From the human T2T-CHM13v2.0 reference genome, Homo sapiens: a stretch of 64,000 bases of DNA. Location: NCBI RefSeq assembly GCF_009914755.1, contig NC_060932.1. One strand, 5' to 3'. The position numbers and the translations under genes were made by a program. Below the pieces are notes generated by a model. That model ran no database searches. It was not told the origin of the DNA and worked only from the letters and a program-made list of their open reading frames with translations. Numbering within the stretch: position 1 is the stretch's first letter; every line of letters begins with the position of its first letter. Of the stretch, positions 26,745 through 41,670 are shown piece after piece.

Positions 26745-29287
26745 GTTCCCTGTCTTAAACTGCACAGATTCACTTCTCCATGCAGGTTTGGGAGTAGCTC
26801 CTCTATAATTCCTATGGGCTTCTTTTCCTGAGAGGAAACTTGGAAAAGGAAGCTTAGTGGGAGGACCTATAGCTTCTGCGGTTGCAGTTGATCTGGGCGC
26901 TACAACTAGTTGTAATCCTTACTATCCTGCACTAATCATCTAGATTTTTCTTACCCTAGCTATCACTTTGTGGCTTACCTGGTGATGTGACTCAAACCTT
27001 TATTTCTCAAGGGTTTGAGCCCTTGGCCATCATACACTTCTCAGGCTGAAGTTACTGCTCATGTACATTCATAGTTATTGTGGGGCAAGGGAGTATCTAG
27101 AGACACTCAAGTAGATCATGTAGGCTCCACACGTATTATCCCCATGTGTAAAGCGCTATCTATGTTAGGAGTGCCACCTCCTCCTGCAGATCAGAATGGT
27201 AATGCCTACCACAGTGATGACTGTCTTTCTTGTCTACAAAACCCTGGGCATAAAGGGTCAAAGTTCCCTGGCAACAGCCATAACTTGCAATTCAATAAGA
27301 CCATTAAGTGTCCTCTGGAAAGAATGTGCCCCCCAGGGGGCCAAGAACTCCAGCCCAGAGCTGTGGGAATTATAAGTATGAAGCCCCCCAAGTAGATCAC
27401 TGAGAACAATGGCAAGTAGACCCATAAAGTCTCCCTATTGGGAAACATAAAGGTTTCTAATTTGATGCATCTACCGTATTGTGAAGGATAAGAGTTGCCA
27501 TTAAGCTGTCAACTCAGCTTTCTTTAGAAGACCATTTCAGTGCTCTGTGAAGCTGGCTGCTTTCAGATGGTGTAGCATGTGATATGACCAGTGGATCCTG
27601 TGGTCATGGGACCATGCTTACCTCTTTTGCTGCAAAATGATAGATTAATTCCCTGGATGAATGCTATGATGTGTGGGAGGTGTGCTCATGGATCAGGCCT
27701 CATGTAAGCCCCAGACAGTGATATTGGCTGAAAATATGCAGGCAAGAAAGCCAGACCCAAACCCTGAATGGGTCTTTATCTGTGTGAAGATGAATTTCTG
27801 CCCTTTGAAGACAGAAAGGGCCCAATGTAGGTGACTTGCTCAAGTGGCTGGCTTTCTCCTTGAATAATATTATTTGGTATCAGGGACAGGGCATTGATCT
27901 GTCTTGCTGACAATGAGACCTTCAAAGGCATAAGTAGCTAGATCAGCCTTGGTAAGTGAGAGTCCAGGCTACTGGGCCCATATACAACTTCCATCTCTGC
28001 CCCCATGGTGACCCTTTTCATGTATCATTGTGCTAGTTCTATGAGTTCCAGGTGCCAATAACAAATGGCTTCAGCCAAATGGCTGCATCGTTTTGACTAC
28101 TTAACTGTTCAATGACTCCTCTGGCAGATGCTTTCTGCAGTATGTTAATATGTGATATGATAATCTTCACTCTTGGTGGCCACTCTCAGACATCTGTCTA
28201 CATGCCTCTACCCAGACCTCCTTATCACAGTTCCCTCTTTTTCCTCCCCAGATCAGGCCACTGACCACTATCCAGTCATCTGGATATGATTTTTTTTCTT
28301 GGATCACTTCTCTTTCCACCTAAAGTTGTCTGTCAGTTCAGAAGATTTTTTTCCTCTCTATTGTCTTTTAAGTCCCCTTCTCTGTGTGGTGGTGGTGAAG
28401 TCTCCATCATTTTAGGTGAGTACTCATTCTCGGTGGACCTATTCATGAACTGAGATTGGCCCTCTCCTCCTTCACATTTGGTCATGTGAGGATACCCACA
28501 CCCCATCTGACTACAGGTGTGAGTTGGGGAACACAATGGGTAACTGGGTAATGTGGGCATCTAGGCTACCTGCTCTGGATGCTTACTCATGCCCTTCTGT
28601 CCTACTCAGGCTCAATCTCAGATGCACCATATCCATTGTACCATCAAATCCTACTGGGCACATATGGCTTTATGACATGCTGGGTCTCACAGAACCCTGC
28701 TCACATTGAGCAGTTCTGCACAATGGTTTGTTGATGCCCCATGGGCAAGTCTTCTGCCTCTGGCAGGATCCAGGAATACTCCAGCTTCTCAAAAACTATA
28801 TAATTTTCTGCTGCTAATGGCATTGCCTTGCTCCAGCATCCCAGAGGCTACATTCTTATTCTCACCCTGGGACTTGCGTTGGCTGTGTACTGCATCTCTC
28901 CCCACAACTGACATGGACCAAGTCATAAGACTGCTTTGAGCACAGGCCAGACTTACTACAGAGCCCTTTTCTGCTCTGAGTCCTTTCAAATTTGGCAGCA
29001 TTTTGTGTCTCCTGTATATGGGCTGGAGTAATATTCTCAGATGTGGAATGTATTGTGTTCAGAGCCCTCAGAGGACAACTGGGCCTTGGGTTTCCTTCTT
29101 TGTGGTAGGAGATGCAGGATACAGCAATTTTTCTTTAGCTTTGAATAGGATATCACTCCTTGTCCCAACCCCCAAATGCTGAAAGCTTCAATCAATTGGT
29201 AAGTCTCTCAATAGATGATAATCTATAAAGATTATTGTTCTCTGTACACATGTCTTACTAAGGCTTCTAGCACATTAAAGCATAACA

Positions 29288-29670
<383 letters not shown>

Positions 29671-29890
29671 TCAAAATGAAAAAGAATGCACCTGTAAAAT
29701 CAATGGTGGCATACTGTGTACCTGAGGCCTTATTCATCTGATCCAGCAATGACATCATGTCCAGCACAGCAACTGGATCAGGGTTGCTACTTGGGAGAAG
29801 TTATGGTAGTTAAGATTTATTCTCTGAGAGCCATCAGATTTCTGCAGAGGCCAGACTGGCAAATTAAATGAAGATATGATAGAAGCCACC

Positions 29891-30348
29891 TGTATTAGTT
29901 TCCCGAAGCTGCCATAACAAACTACCACAAATTTGGTGGCTCAAAACAATACAAATTTATTCTCTCACGTATCAGGAAGCCAGAAGTCCAAAATTAGTTT
30001 GTCGTCAGGGCCATACTTTCTCTGGAGGTTCAACTGGAAGATTCTGCCTTTGCTGCTTCTGCTTCTGGCGGTTGCTGGCTTCCCTGCAAGGTGTGTGCTC
30101 ACATTTTTCTGCTCCATCTTCATTCACATCACCTTCCCCTTACTCTGACTCTTCTGCTCTCCTATCTGCTATAAGGACATTGTCATCAGGTTAGGACCCG
30201 CCTGGATATTTCTGGATGAACCACATCTAAAGATCCTTAACTTAAATATATCTGCAAAGACCCTTTTTCCAAACAAGGTCAAATTCACAGAGTCCAGGGA
30301 TTTAGATGTAGACCTATCTTTCTGGAGGCCATCATTTAACCCACAACA
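29891..30348 (-). mobile_element. MLT1C-like MaLR LTR
   Basis: TGTATTAGTTTCC...GCTGCCATAACAAACTACCACAAA...ATTTAACCCACAACA; perfect 5-bp TSD CCACC. Confidence 0.9.
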
Positions 30349-31920
30349 CCACCACTCTTGCATCTTTGAGATCCTGAAGGAAGGCACTAATCTGTCATTC
30401 CCCCTAGAGCACAATATTACTTTCGATTTGCTATCCTGGCTAGAGTCTGGAAAAGGGCAGTTTCAGAGGATTCTCCTTCTCCTTTCTCACTATAGTAGCC
30501 AAGGACCCAGTGTGAGAATTATTCCAGTTGTTCATTATATAAATTCTAGTTACACATTTGGGAACTTGGGAAATGACCATTGGGCCTATGTGGGCTGGAC
30601 TTTATCTCATCAGTTAATCCCTCACCCCCACCAAAAGTTCCCATTCGAAAAGGGACCATGATGACACATTGGATCTTCAGTTATAACATTAGTTGAGACC
30701 CATTTTCAGGTAGTGTTCCAAATGTCTGACTGTCCATTCACCTTCCCTCAGTGTACATCACCCAAGCCAGTGCACATAAGTCTCTGGGACAGACTGAGAG
30801 CATCATTAGAATATATACGTTTTGTAGTGTTTTAAGATCCTTCTTCCTAGGGGCCTGGACACTTCTTCAGTCAATAGATTCTAGATCTGAATGTTCACTG
30901 AGACCTGGGAACTGAGAAAGAGGTTGTGATTTTTTGGGGGGCAACTGCCCTCAGCCTTCTTCTCCCCATTCTTGTCTGTTTGGGTTGCAGATGCCAAGTA
31001 ACATCATAGTTGATGGCCCTTCCCCTTCTATTTTATCTCTGTGGAATCATTCCTCTATTAACAAGATCTACAACCCCCGGAGGCCAATCCCAATGGGGTA
31101 CCATCTGTTGTTGCTAGTCACGGCAATTGTGAACCCCTGGCTTCAGGTGGTTAAGTTCTGCCACCAGGTCTGTATAATTTGGAAGTGCCATCATTCCCAT
31201 GCATGTGAAGAGCTGGCCTAGGACAGCCTCTCCTACTGTCTTGCCTGGTGCAGAAGAGCCACCACTGAGCTTCTCAGTGATGGTGGTGCCATTCTCACCA
31301 GTACATTCCCTATGGCCTTAGTGAAAAATGTCCTCTGAGTCCTTTTGTGGAGTGTAATCCCCTGGTAAGTCTTATAGCTTCACATAAAATATCCAACCAA
31401 CCCCTATCTCCACCTGAGCTTTTTAGTCCTTACCCTACCACCTGACAGGGTACCTTGGGCATTTCCCTTTGCTCAGCATTGGCCACCGCCTTTTATAAGC
31501 TTCTAAGAGCCTCCATCACAGTGAGTCTTCCCATTCCCCTCATCCTCGCCAGGATATCAAATTTCATGCCCCAAGAAAGTTTCTTTATATTAATAGATTC
31601 TTGCTTATGCAAGTCCATCCTCCTTTCCCTTCAAGAGCTTTCCTAGTACCCAGCCAGATAAAATGTCTTTGTGGCGTTGCGCTTCATGTTTTCCCCAAAC
31701 CTGAATCATCTCACCTACAAAGACAGTCCCCTGCACATGACTTTTTCCCTGAATACCACCAGTGAAATGTTTAATAATTAAGCCACTAACTTATGCCAGG
31801 AACTAGTGGGACCACACCAACTGGTCAGGCTGGCATCCTCTGCACCCAGTGGGCTGGGAGTGAGCTTGTCCCACATCCTGAGCTCATAGACTATCTCCCT
31901 GGACCACTCCTAGTACACTT

Positions 31921-32252
31921 TCTGTTAGTCTATGTCTCTCAGAAGGCAGGCACAGACAGGATTATTCATACAAGAGATTTATTAAAAGAAGGAGTGGAAA
32001 GAGGTGGAGTTGTTTCCGGACTATGCAGCAGGTCTGGCACCTATGGAAGGAGAGAGAAAGGAAAGGAGATTGCAGTGCAGTTCCAAGAAAGTTTTGGCCA
32101 AGCCCTGAGAGAACACCCATGAGCCCCAGAATTGCCCCTTAGAGGATAACCCCGTCAACATGAGACAGATTCCAGAGGCTGGCAGAGGGACCAGAAGGTC
32201 AGTAAGCTATGTCCTGCAGAGGTGTGTGCCGCATATTTTCATGACTGCCTTA
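31921..32252 (-). mobile_element. LTR16A-like LTR (5' LTR of the provirus, internally deleted)
   Basis: Colinear with 26338-26744 (CAAGAGA..., TGCAGTGCAGTTCCAAGAAAGTTTTGGCCAAGCC, GCATATTTTCATG). Confidence 0.7.
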
Positions 32253-32284
32253 TGCATTACTAAAATAAGAATGAGTGAGAAGCA

Positions 32285-32878
32285 TAATTTTGTAGTGGAA
32301 CAAAACTGAATTTGAATCCTTTGCTTTTTAACTTTGAACAGGTTCTTTTAACTTTTTCTGAGTCTTGATTTTTTTTCAGCTGTAAAAATGGAGATATTAC
32401 TACCTCTTTCTTAGTGTTGTGGCACGTATAAAACATGATGATTTATATAAAGCCCTTAGCACATGATATGGTTTGGCTGTGTCCCCACCCAAATCTCATG
32501 CTGAATTTTAGTTCTCATAATCCCCACATGCCGTGGGAGGGAGCCAATGGGAGGTAATTTAATCATGGGAGCGGTTACCCTCATACTGTTCTCGTGATAG
32601 TGAGTGAGTTCTCACAAGATCTGATGGTTTTATAAGGGGCTTTTCCCTTCCTTCGCTCTGTCCTTCTCCTTGCTGCTGCCATGTGAAGAAGGATGTGTTT
32701 GTGTGTTTGCTTTCCCTTTCACCATAATTGTAAGTTTCCTGAGGTCTCACCAGCCATGCTGAACTGTGAGTCACTTAAACCTCTTTCCTTTAGAAGTTAT
32801 CCAGTCTCAGGTATGTCTTTATTAGCAGCATGAGAACACACTAATACAGCATGGTTTCTGGTACATAAATGTTAGTTC
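32285..32878 (+). mobile_element. MIR split by THE1
   Basis: AACTGAATTTGAATCC...TTCAGCTGTAAAAATGGAGATA...TATAAAGCCCTTAGCACA|THE1|...TGGTACATAAATGTTAG. Confidence 0.7.
32464..32848 (+). mobile_element. THE1 (THE1C/D-like) MaLR solo LTR
   Basis: TGATATGGTTTGGCTGTGTCCCCACCCAAATCTCA...CACTAATACA; TSD GCACA/GCATG. Confidence 0.95.
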
Positions 32879-35800
32879 CTCTAAGTTTTGGGATACAAGA
32901 GCCTTTACACTGTCTGAACAGCTGGCTGTTTCCTACTTCTGCTGTAGAATGTGCAAAATGCAGTCAATCATGACAAAAGGAAACTCCTTATAATTTGTAT
33001 GAGGAACACAGATAGACTTACTAAGTAAGTCCGTCTATATTAGTCAAAATAGTATATAAAATATTAATAATGCCATAGAATGCAGACAAACAATGTCAGT
33101 TAAACATTACTTTAGAATCTATAATTACTAATACAATAACTTTAATAACATTTATGACAAAGAAGAAATGGTGTACGCTATATGTTTTGGAGTTTCTTAG
33201 TAGCTAGCTCTTTTGAAAGTCACAACCCATTTCTCGTAACTCTCAAAATAATGTTCAAAGGAAACAATGACTTTGTCATAGATGAGTAATTCGTTCTCAT
33301 TTAGTGGTTAATTTAAGAAATTGCAGTTTCATGCTACTTATTGTGAATTTAATGTTAAATTGTAGATTAACTTTTTTATCTTTGGCCCAGTTGCTTCTAT
33401 TATCATGAATGTGAATTCTAAATATTTATTTGAAAATGTCTCCTTTAAATTAGGTTGATCATTTTATGACTATTCAATTTTGAAAATTTTATATTATCAA
33501 CCATTATGCTATAGAAATCAATACTTCCATAAGAGAAAAATTAATCCTTTCATACGGAGAAAAAACCAAGAAGGTAAACATGATGCATAAATACTGCTTT
33601 TTAAATAATAAGGAAGTGTAATGGAAAATATAATGAGAATTCATTTAAAACAATGACTAATTGTGTTTACTGGTATCTAATGACTAGGAATTGTTATACC
33701 AAAGTCTGAGTCTCTCAGTTGAATTATGTTGTAGGGAAAAAAAATGTGAACAGAATCCACATAGTCTAGATTTTTCTAAGTGAAGAGTCATCTAGACTGA
33801 CAAAAAAATCTGTTCTTTTTTTATTGGTTAAAGAAAGAAAAAATAGCTTTGAGGGCAAAAATGAAGGTAGTAGTTATACTATTCTACCTGCTGTGTCTCT
33901 GGTGCTTTCCTTAGAGAAGCTGTAGTGATGCAGACAGGAGTCAATCATGGTTAAGGATTCCTCTTCCCATTCCACAGTCACCCTTCTAGGTGCTCTCTGA
34001 CTGGTAAACTTTATACCAGACAGCAGGTTTCTGGGATGGGCAAGGAGAAGTTAGACTGGATGCCAAATTGGTCATGTCCCTCTGGCCTCAGGCACCCCTG
34101 GATCATGCAGTGGTTGGCAATGACCAGTCTGACTCCTCTCCTCGCTCCCACCTGGTCCCCTTATGCCTCCCACACACTCACCCACGTGCCTGCCTACATG
34201 TGTACCAGCCAACAGAGTGTGGGGGTGATTATCTGAATACATCAGCCTAAAACACAGCAACTAAAAGATTCATTTTTAGTTAGAAAGTTGGAAAAATACC
34301 AATCTAATTAATTACTTAAATTTTCTTTGAGAATTTAAAATTGTGTTGTTATAGCAGTAGCAGAATGAACCCAGGATTAAGAGATTGAGCCTCCATGTCG
34401 TCTTACAATTATTGTGTAGGAATTATGATCAGCTTTTTCACAATATTTTGGGGACCTAATGAATCAGATGCAACTAACCTTATACTTGGGGATAAACATC
34501 TCACATCTCCTCTCTACCTTAAAATCCATCTGCTTTATTACCTGTATCATTCTGCTTATGTCCCAAACGTCTATAGCACACTTCTCCCCCAGTCTAACCT
34601 TCTGATCCCTTCAGTGTGCCCTCACTGGAGGCAAGTTGGTGCATGAAAATGATTATAATGGTGATGAGATACGGATCCCCTCAGCTTTCAAACAGCATGG
34701 GGCCAAAATCTTTAGGCTGGTCCTATCCGGTGTGAGAATTGTACATTTTATTCAATATGCTGACAAATTCTGACATATTATTAATATATGTGTGAAGGCA
34801 TGGAGAAGCATTGTCCTACATTTGCCCATGACCTTTTTCCTCTCTGCCTCCTCCAGAGCTCCACCCCTTCTGATCCTGACCCCCTCTAGCTTGCATCTTC
34901 AGTCTGTACTCTGTGCCCTTTCCCTAGGGACACAGCCTGATCAGGTTTGCCCAGTCTAGCATCCCCAAAGCAAAATGAGCACATACAGATGCTGCTGCCC
35001 CTTTCAAACTTCCTAAATTACCTATAACAACACATAGAATGAAAAACAGCAAGAAAACCCTATCTTTAGTTAAACTTGGGGGTGCCTGTAAACTTAAATC
35101 ACAATACTTGAGGAAGGGTCACCAAAAGTTGAAAGGAAGATGAGTAAGAGTTGAGAGGATGCCTATGGCTAGAGATCTCAGACAAACTTTCTCAAGAACA
35201 GTTTTCTACTCAGTTTTCTAAAGCAAGTGTTGTATCCTAAAAGAAAAAAAAAACCCTAGATATATAGATAAAGATATAGATATATTCCTTCTTCAAGGCA
35301 ATGACAAATTGGTTCACAAATTGGTTGTAGCATTTTCCTCAGGCCCATTTTGGCAAGGAGGGTGGAAAAAGAAGTGGGGTAGGCACGCCATATTTTTAGG
35401 AAGCAGTCTGTTGGTGAGGGGAGAGGAGAAGGGCTCTCCATGGAGAGTAGCTCTGTCACCACTGGTCTTGTAGCCTGGGGAGAAGTGAAGGGCTGGATAC
35501 TTCATTCACTTACAAAAAATTCAGTCATGAGGAATTTCACTGTGTGCCAAGGAGGATTCCGGACAGCCTTAAAAACAGCCCTGGCCCACTCATCATCTAA
35601 ACTTCCCACCTGTACTGGTCCAGGAAGAACTATTTCCCATTCAAAATTCTTCTACTCTGAATAGAACACACCAAATAATATTTTTAAAAAAGGAAACAAG
35701 ACAAGAAATAGGAAAAATAAATTGAAGGTGAAGATCGCTTAGAAAAATACTGGATGGAAACAGTGAAAATCTTGCCCAAACATGTTTTTATATATAAATT

Positions 35801-36582
35801 CAAAAATTCGATAGAGTAAATTTACTATAAGATATAAATCAAAGCAGAAATTTATTACAGCATATTAAATGGCTTCTAGAAGAAGAGAACTACTACTTCT
35901 TCTGGGTCCTGAAACATTGTACCACTCCTGGGTAAGAACTCACCTCAGAGAGGAAGCCCCAAGCAGTGCTATGGTCCCTGCCTGTGCTCTGGTCCCCACC
36001 AGCAGATGAATACCCATGTCCTTCCTGATACTCAAGGTGCTGGTCACTAGACATTGAGCTGCCACAGGAAATCTCTACAGCACTCTCACACTTGCCAGCA
36101 GAAATAGCAGAAGCAAGGCCCCCATCTCACCTCTGCCACCCAGGAGCGTGCATCTCATTCATCAGACCTGAGTCTTCTGGAATCCTGGCTGTAAAGGAGT
36201 CTGCAAATTAGAGCCTTTAGCTTTTCAGCCACTGCAATACAGGGCAACAGTTAAAAGGAAAGTAGATAGGGTCAACCTGCCATATCTATCAGAAAATACT
36301 TAAGGATAATACTAAGGTAAATAATAGAACCAGTGAAATACGGGTGGTGTAAGAGAGTAAAGAGAGTGGATAATGTATAAATACATGAATCCTATCTTTG
36401 CTTATGTCAGGTAATAGATATCTAACACAATGCTTTTCAGGGCCACAAAGAAAAGAATGTGCACAATGCAGCATGTAGATGGGCCCTGCCTACTGCCCTG
36501 TTACCCATGACATGTCTATAAGCCATTGTGTAATATGCTGCGAAATACATTGAGGAGGTCTCTTCTAAAGAATAAGAGAATT

Positions 36583-36945
<363 letters not shown>

Positions 36946-37056
36946 TTATGTGTACCAATACCAAATGGTATCTGACATATACATTAAGTAAATGCAGCCA
37001 AGTAAAAATAATTTGTGTTAAAATGAAGACACGTCATGGCATACATATGTTTTGAA

Positions 37057-37792
37057 TGTTGGGGAACCTGTGCTGGTGACCTCCATCTCCTCCAGGTTCA
37101 TGCTTCTTACTTCTCTGCCCCTGTGGCTCTTCTGGGAGGTTGACAGATGGGTTACATCACTGAGCTCTCCTGCTTTCTGGTTTCCTGTTAACCTCCACAA
37201 ATACGGACCACCGAGAAAAGATTGGAGGGGGTGAGAAGAAGGAATCCAGGGACTTACTACCCACTCAGCTTTGCTCCTTCCCTATGGATCATGATGAATT
37301 GCTTATGGAGAATGTATGGCCTCTTATCTAGTTACCAGATCTAAGCCAGGTTCTGGATATAAAGCCTTTTGCTTGGAGGATCAACTGAGATATGACTCTG
37401 TATATGTTTTCTTCTCTCAAGACTTCTCCCAGAGGCAACTTGACCATTTATCAGGGTGACTGCCCTAGGAAAAGGGAAATAACTAGATTATTGAGGGATT
37501 ATTGTTATTGGATTTAAATGATTGCTAATAACCAGAGACCAGAAATACCCATATGGTAGACTAGTCAAAATGGGACCTTATGGAAGTCAAGTAATAGATG
37601 ACATACTGGCTTGAGTCTGTCTCAGAGAGGGTCTGTGGGCTTATTCTGTGGTTATTTCCCCAATGTCTGAATATATAGTGGGAACAGATATACTTAGGAA
37701 CTGGCAACATGTTCAAGCTGATTCTCTGGCCACAGGAGTGAAGCTGATGTGAAGGGCCAATCTGAAGCTGCCTTTAGTTCCAAGATGATAAT
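37057..37792 (+). mobile_element. LTR41-like fragment followed by an ERVL internal (gag/protease) remnant
   Basis: GGAGGTTGACAGATGGGTTACATCAC...GAAAAGATTGGAGGG, then CCATTTATCAGGGTGACT...GTGGTTATTTCCCCAATGTCTGAATATATAGTGGGAACAGATATACTTAG. Confidence 0.6.
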
Positions 37793-37793
37793 C

Positions 37794-38153
37794 TGTTAGA
37801 ATTTGAATGTGTTCCCCAAAAGTTCATATGTTAGAAACTTGGCCCCCAATGCAGCAGAGTTGAAAGGTAGGATCTTTAAGAGGTGATTGGGTCATGAGGG
37901 CTCTCCCCTCCTGCTTGCATTAATTTGTAGATTAATGGTTAATGGGATACCATGGGAATAAGTTAGTTATTATAAAAGTTAGTCTGTTATAAAAGCCAGG
38001 TTGGTTCCCTCCTGTGTGCCCCACACCATGGCATGCTTGCACCACCTGAGGACTCTGCAGAGTCACCACCAGCAAAAAGGCCCTCACCAGATGTGGCCAT
38101 TGACCTTGGACTTCCCAGCCCCCAGAACTGTAAGAAATAGATTTATCTTTTTC
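37794..38153 (+). mobile_element. MST-family MaLR LTR (MSTB/C-like), 3' end interrupted by L1MA
   Basis: TTTGAATGTGTTCCCCAAAAGTTCATATGTTAGAAACTT...GGACTCTGCAGAGTCACCACCAGCAAAAAGGCCCTCACCAGATG. Confidence 0.85.
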
Positions 38154-38154
38154 C

Positions 38155-38638
38155 ATTTTTTTGGCCTAATTTATATTTATTTATTTATTTACATAGTAGT
38201 TGTACAAATTTTGGGGGTACATGTGATATTTTGATATGTATAAACAATGTGCAATAATCAAATTATGGTAACTGGGATATTCATCACCTCAAACATTTAT
38301 AATTTCTCTGTGTAGGGAATATTACAATTCTTCTAGCTATTTTGAAATATATGATGAATTCTGGTTAAATACAATTTCTTTACTGTACTGCTGAATTAGA
38401 ACTTATTCCTTCTATGTAACTGTGTTTTGTACACCTTAGTGAACCTTTCCCTATTGTATGCTTCTAGTGCCTTTGTCAAAAATAAACTGGCTGTAGGTGA
38501 ATTGAATTATTTCTGTGTTTTCTATTCTATTCCATTGGTCTATGTGTACCATGCTGTTTTGATTACTGTAGCCTTGTAGTATAGTTTGAGGCTGGGTAGT
38601 GTGATGCCTCCAGTTTTGTTCTTTTTGCTCAGGATTGA
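38155..38638 (-). mobile_element. L1MA 3' end joined to an ORF2 piece (internal deletion)
   Basis: GGGGTACATGTGATATTTTGAT...ATCACCTCAAACATTTAT, then GGGTAGTGTGATGCCTCCAG. Confidence 0.85.
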
Positions 38639-39759
38639 CTCCTGTGTCTCTGTTATAGCAGTGCTGCTGGCAGCCCTAAATCAACCCTAACTCGGGTGTG
38701 ACTGCAGGAGTTTTTTATGCATCTTACAACTTGTAATCAGTTTTACCCTACTCTGAACTGTATCACATGATACCCTCAGCTTCCATCACTACCTAACAAG
38801 AATTACCATGTGTCCTCATTTTTAGCAAAAATAAATTGCATGCATTGAGAAGAATTTGAAAGCTTATTAGTGAAGGTTCAGGGATCATCTGTATGCTACA
38901 GCATATGAACTGTAAACACTGGTGTTGGCACGGTGAGATGAAATTGATAAGCTTTGGAATGGGTTGTGGTTGAAATCCTCTCTTTAAAAGATTCTTACAG
39001 ATAGAAATTAAAAGCTGCTATTAACCACCTTGGTATTTCTATATTGATCTTTCTGTTAATTCTGAAAAAAACAAAAATCAAAAAACCCACAAACCATATT
39101 TGCTTAACAGAATTTTACTCTCACATTCAAAGACATGTGACTATACCTGTGTTATTTCTATAATGTGTTCTTGATCAGTTACACACATTCACTCTGCGTG
39201 CAGTGGACAGGACGGGTGAGACAGGTGCCAGTTGAACATCTGCAAGAGCGTGCTGGGTGTTATCTGGACCAGATGGCCATCCAGCATGGGCAGAAGCACG
39301 CAAGCCTTCACCTCTCCCAAGCAGCAGTGCTTTGATGTGAAGTTAAGGGTACACAAAGGTGAAGGGAGTTGAAGATCCTTGGCTGTATCAACAAAGAGAT
39401 ACTGCCTGATTGTAGTCAAGGTGAGCTGTCATTGCCAAACAACTGCTGGCCACAAATGGCTTTTATTCCCAGTTTTATAGTGAGTGTGGAGGGGGCAAGA
39501 GAAGGGGAAGGATGCTTTTTTTACACAAACACTTTTGGTGATACTGCTTTATATATTTTAAAAACTTATCCTTTAAAAAAAGTAAACTCTATGATAACAT
39601 GTAGTTAAAGAGCTTAAATAACTAGCTTCTTACAGATGTCCCCAAATTGTGTATTATTATTATTTCAGATGATATATTATTTAAAGAAAAGGATCCACAC
39701 ACAAAGCAGAAGCTTCCTTATTTACTCAAATTAAACAACCTAACATTAATCCTTTAAAA

Positions 39760-40160
39760 TTTAATGAGATATGTAATCGCCCACATTATGACATGTCTTG
39801 GGGAATGCTCCATGTGCACTTGAAAACGCTGCTCTTGTTGGGTGTGGCGTCTCTTGCAAGCAACTAGATTAAGAGAGTTTATAGGGTTGTTCAAATCTTC
39901 TATTTTTTTTGGTCTAATTGTTTTATCAATTACTGACAGACAAGTGTTCAAATATTCCACCATAATTGAATTTTACTATATTTCTGCCTTTAGTTATCTC
40001 AATTTTAATGCATTTATTTTGAACCTCTATTATTTGCTAATAACACATCTAGGATTATGTCTTCCTAGTGAATTGGCATCTTACCTCTGATAATATTTCT
40101 TCTCTTGAAGTCTACTTTGATGTTAAATTGGCCACATCAATTTCTTGTGCTCAGTGCTTC
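39760..40160 (-). mobile_element. Old L1M endonuclease-region fragment
   Basis: Minus-strand ORF LSVIDKTIRPKKIEDLNNPINSLNL resembles L1 EN. Confidence 0.7.
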
Positions 40161-41670
40161 ACAGACTCGAGTCTTACTTTGGGCTTTTTGTGCGCATCGC
40201 ACCCAGAGAGTTGACTATGCATTTGTGGTCTGTATTCAAGGACTTTTGAGATTTTGAAATTAACCAACTGGATACACACTACATTTGGCTAATACTCTAA
40301 AATGTTTGGCAGACTATGTGTTCTTGATGCTTTATACATTTCAACAAATGTCCACATTATTTCAAATAATAGTAGCAACAATAAAATATAATGAGGTAGC
40401 CCTAGTAAAATAGGATTTTGATTTTTCAGATTTTGATTTATCAGTGTCATTCTCTTATCTGTGGCAACAAGTTGCATAAGGTAAGTTTTGGGGAAGAATC
40501 AGGGAGAAGCACGAGGCAAACAGATTGGGCCTCATAAAGTCTCAGTCATTTCCAAAGTGCAGGAGTGATGTGTGTCGCTTCACTGTCTTCCTCTTAAATA
40601 TATTTGTGAACCAACAGACTCACTCTTTTAATGCCAGCAATTTCCTAAACAAAAACAACTTTTTATTCACCCACGTAAGACACTAGATTTTTTGGAAACC
40701 AAAGGAGAGAAACCTAAAGCCACAACAGTAGTTTCAAAGGCATCAATTGTAATGTTCCCTCAAATTACCTTGTCAAGCTCTTGGACTGATTTGTCTTAGA
40801 AGTTAAATACTTAGAATGCTTTGAAATGGAAACAAAACCATAATTCCTTGCCTCTTTGTATTTGTTGAATGTGTGTAATATCCTATTGCAAAACTCGATT
40901 CAAAATGCTTGCAATAAAATATTTTGTTTGTCATATTCAGAGCAGCAAGCTAAAGGTAACAGTCACAGAGCTTGGTCTGGTGACTTAAGCTATCATTTAA
41001 GGTGCTAAGGACACCCTTTCCAGAAAGTCCAGGAAGCCTAAGCCTACCTGTTTCGTGTGGAGTAGGGAGTGCTCTGTGCAGGTGTCTGAAGACTTGTTTC
41101 CGAGATTTACCACTTAGCACATGTTTGTGAGCTTGTGCAAGTCATTTATACCTATTGAATGATGTCTTTACCTGTGACATAGTGGTAAACATACCTGCCT
41201 TATAGGCTTGTGTAGGATCATGTTAGGGGAACTGTAAATAATTCAGTATGACTAGATCATGGGGTTGGTTTAGGGGAGAGGGGAGCAAAGAGGCTAGGAC
41301 AGAAAACAGAGACCAGATGACAAAAGACACAGAAAACCATGGGAGGGACCTAGGACTTTATTCAGCAGGTTTTGCATGAGTTAGATGTTTATAACTGAAC
41401 TGTGCATCTTTTAATATTATGTTTTATTCTCAATTAACCTGTTCACTTCTTTGTGAAGTCTCTAAGTAAACAGCATCTTCAGGTATCCTTAGGGAAAATC
41501 ACACTTTATTTCAAATAAACTTCACCTCTAGCAAAGACACTACTTGATAACATTTCAACCAAGGACAAAAACTAAATAGTCACACTGAATGAACATTGCC
41601 TAAAATACATGTGGTCAAATTCATCACAGGCATTAATAGAAGACCAAAATTTACATGGGGCAATCTAGAC

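Noticed and set aside
27328-27343. CTCF-like CCCCCAGGGGGCCA
   Set aside because: Several core mismatches, and it is part of ERVL pol-like sequence.
33015-33031. Palindrome GACTTACT-A-AGTAAGTC
   Set aside because: 8-bp arms are expected by chance in 64 kb of AT-rich DNA.
33890-36290. Possible very old LTR/L1M/MLT remnants
   Set aside because: Too diverged to assign family or boundaries by eye.
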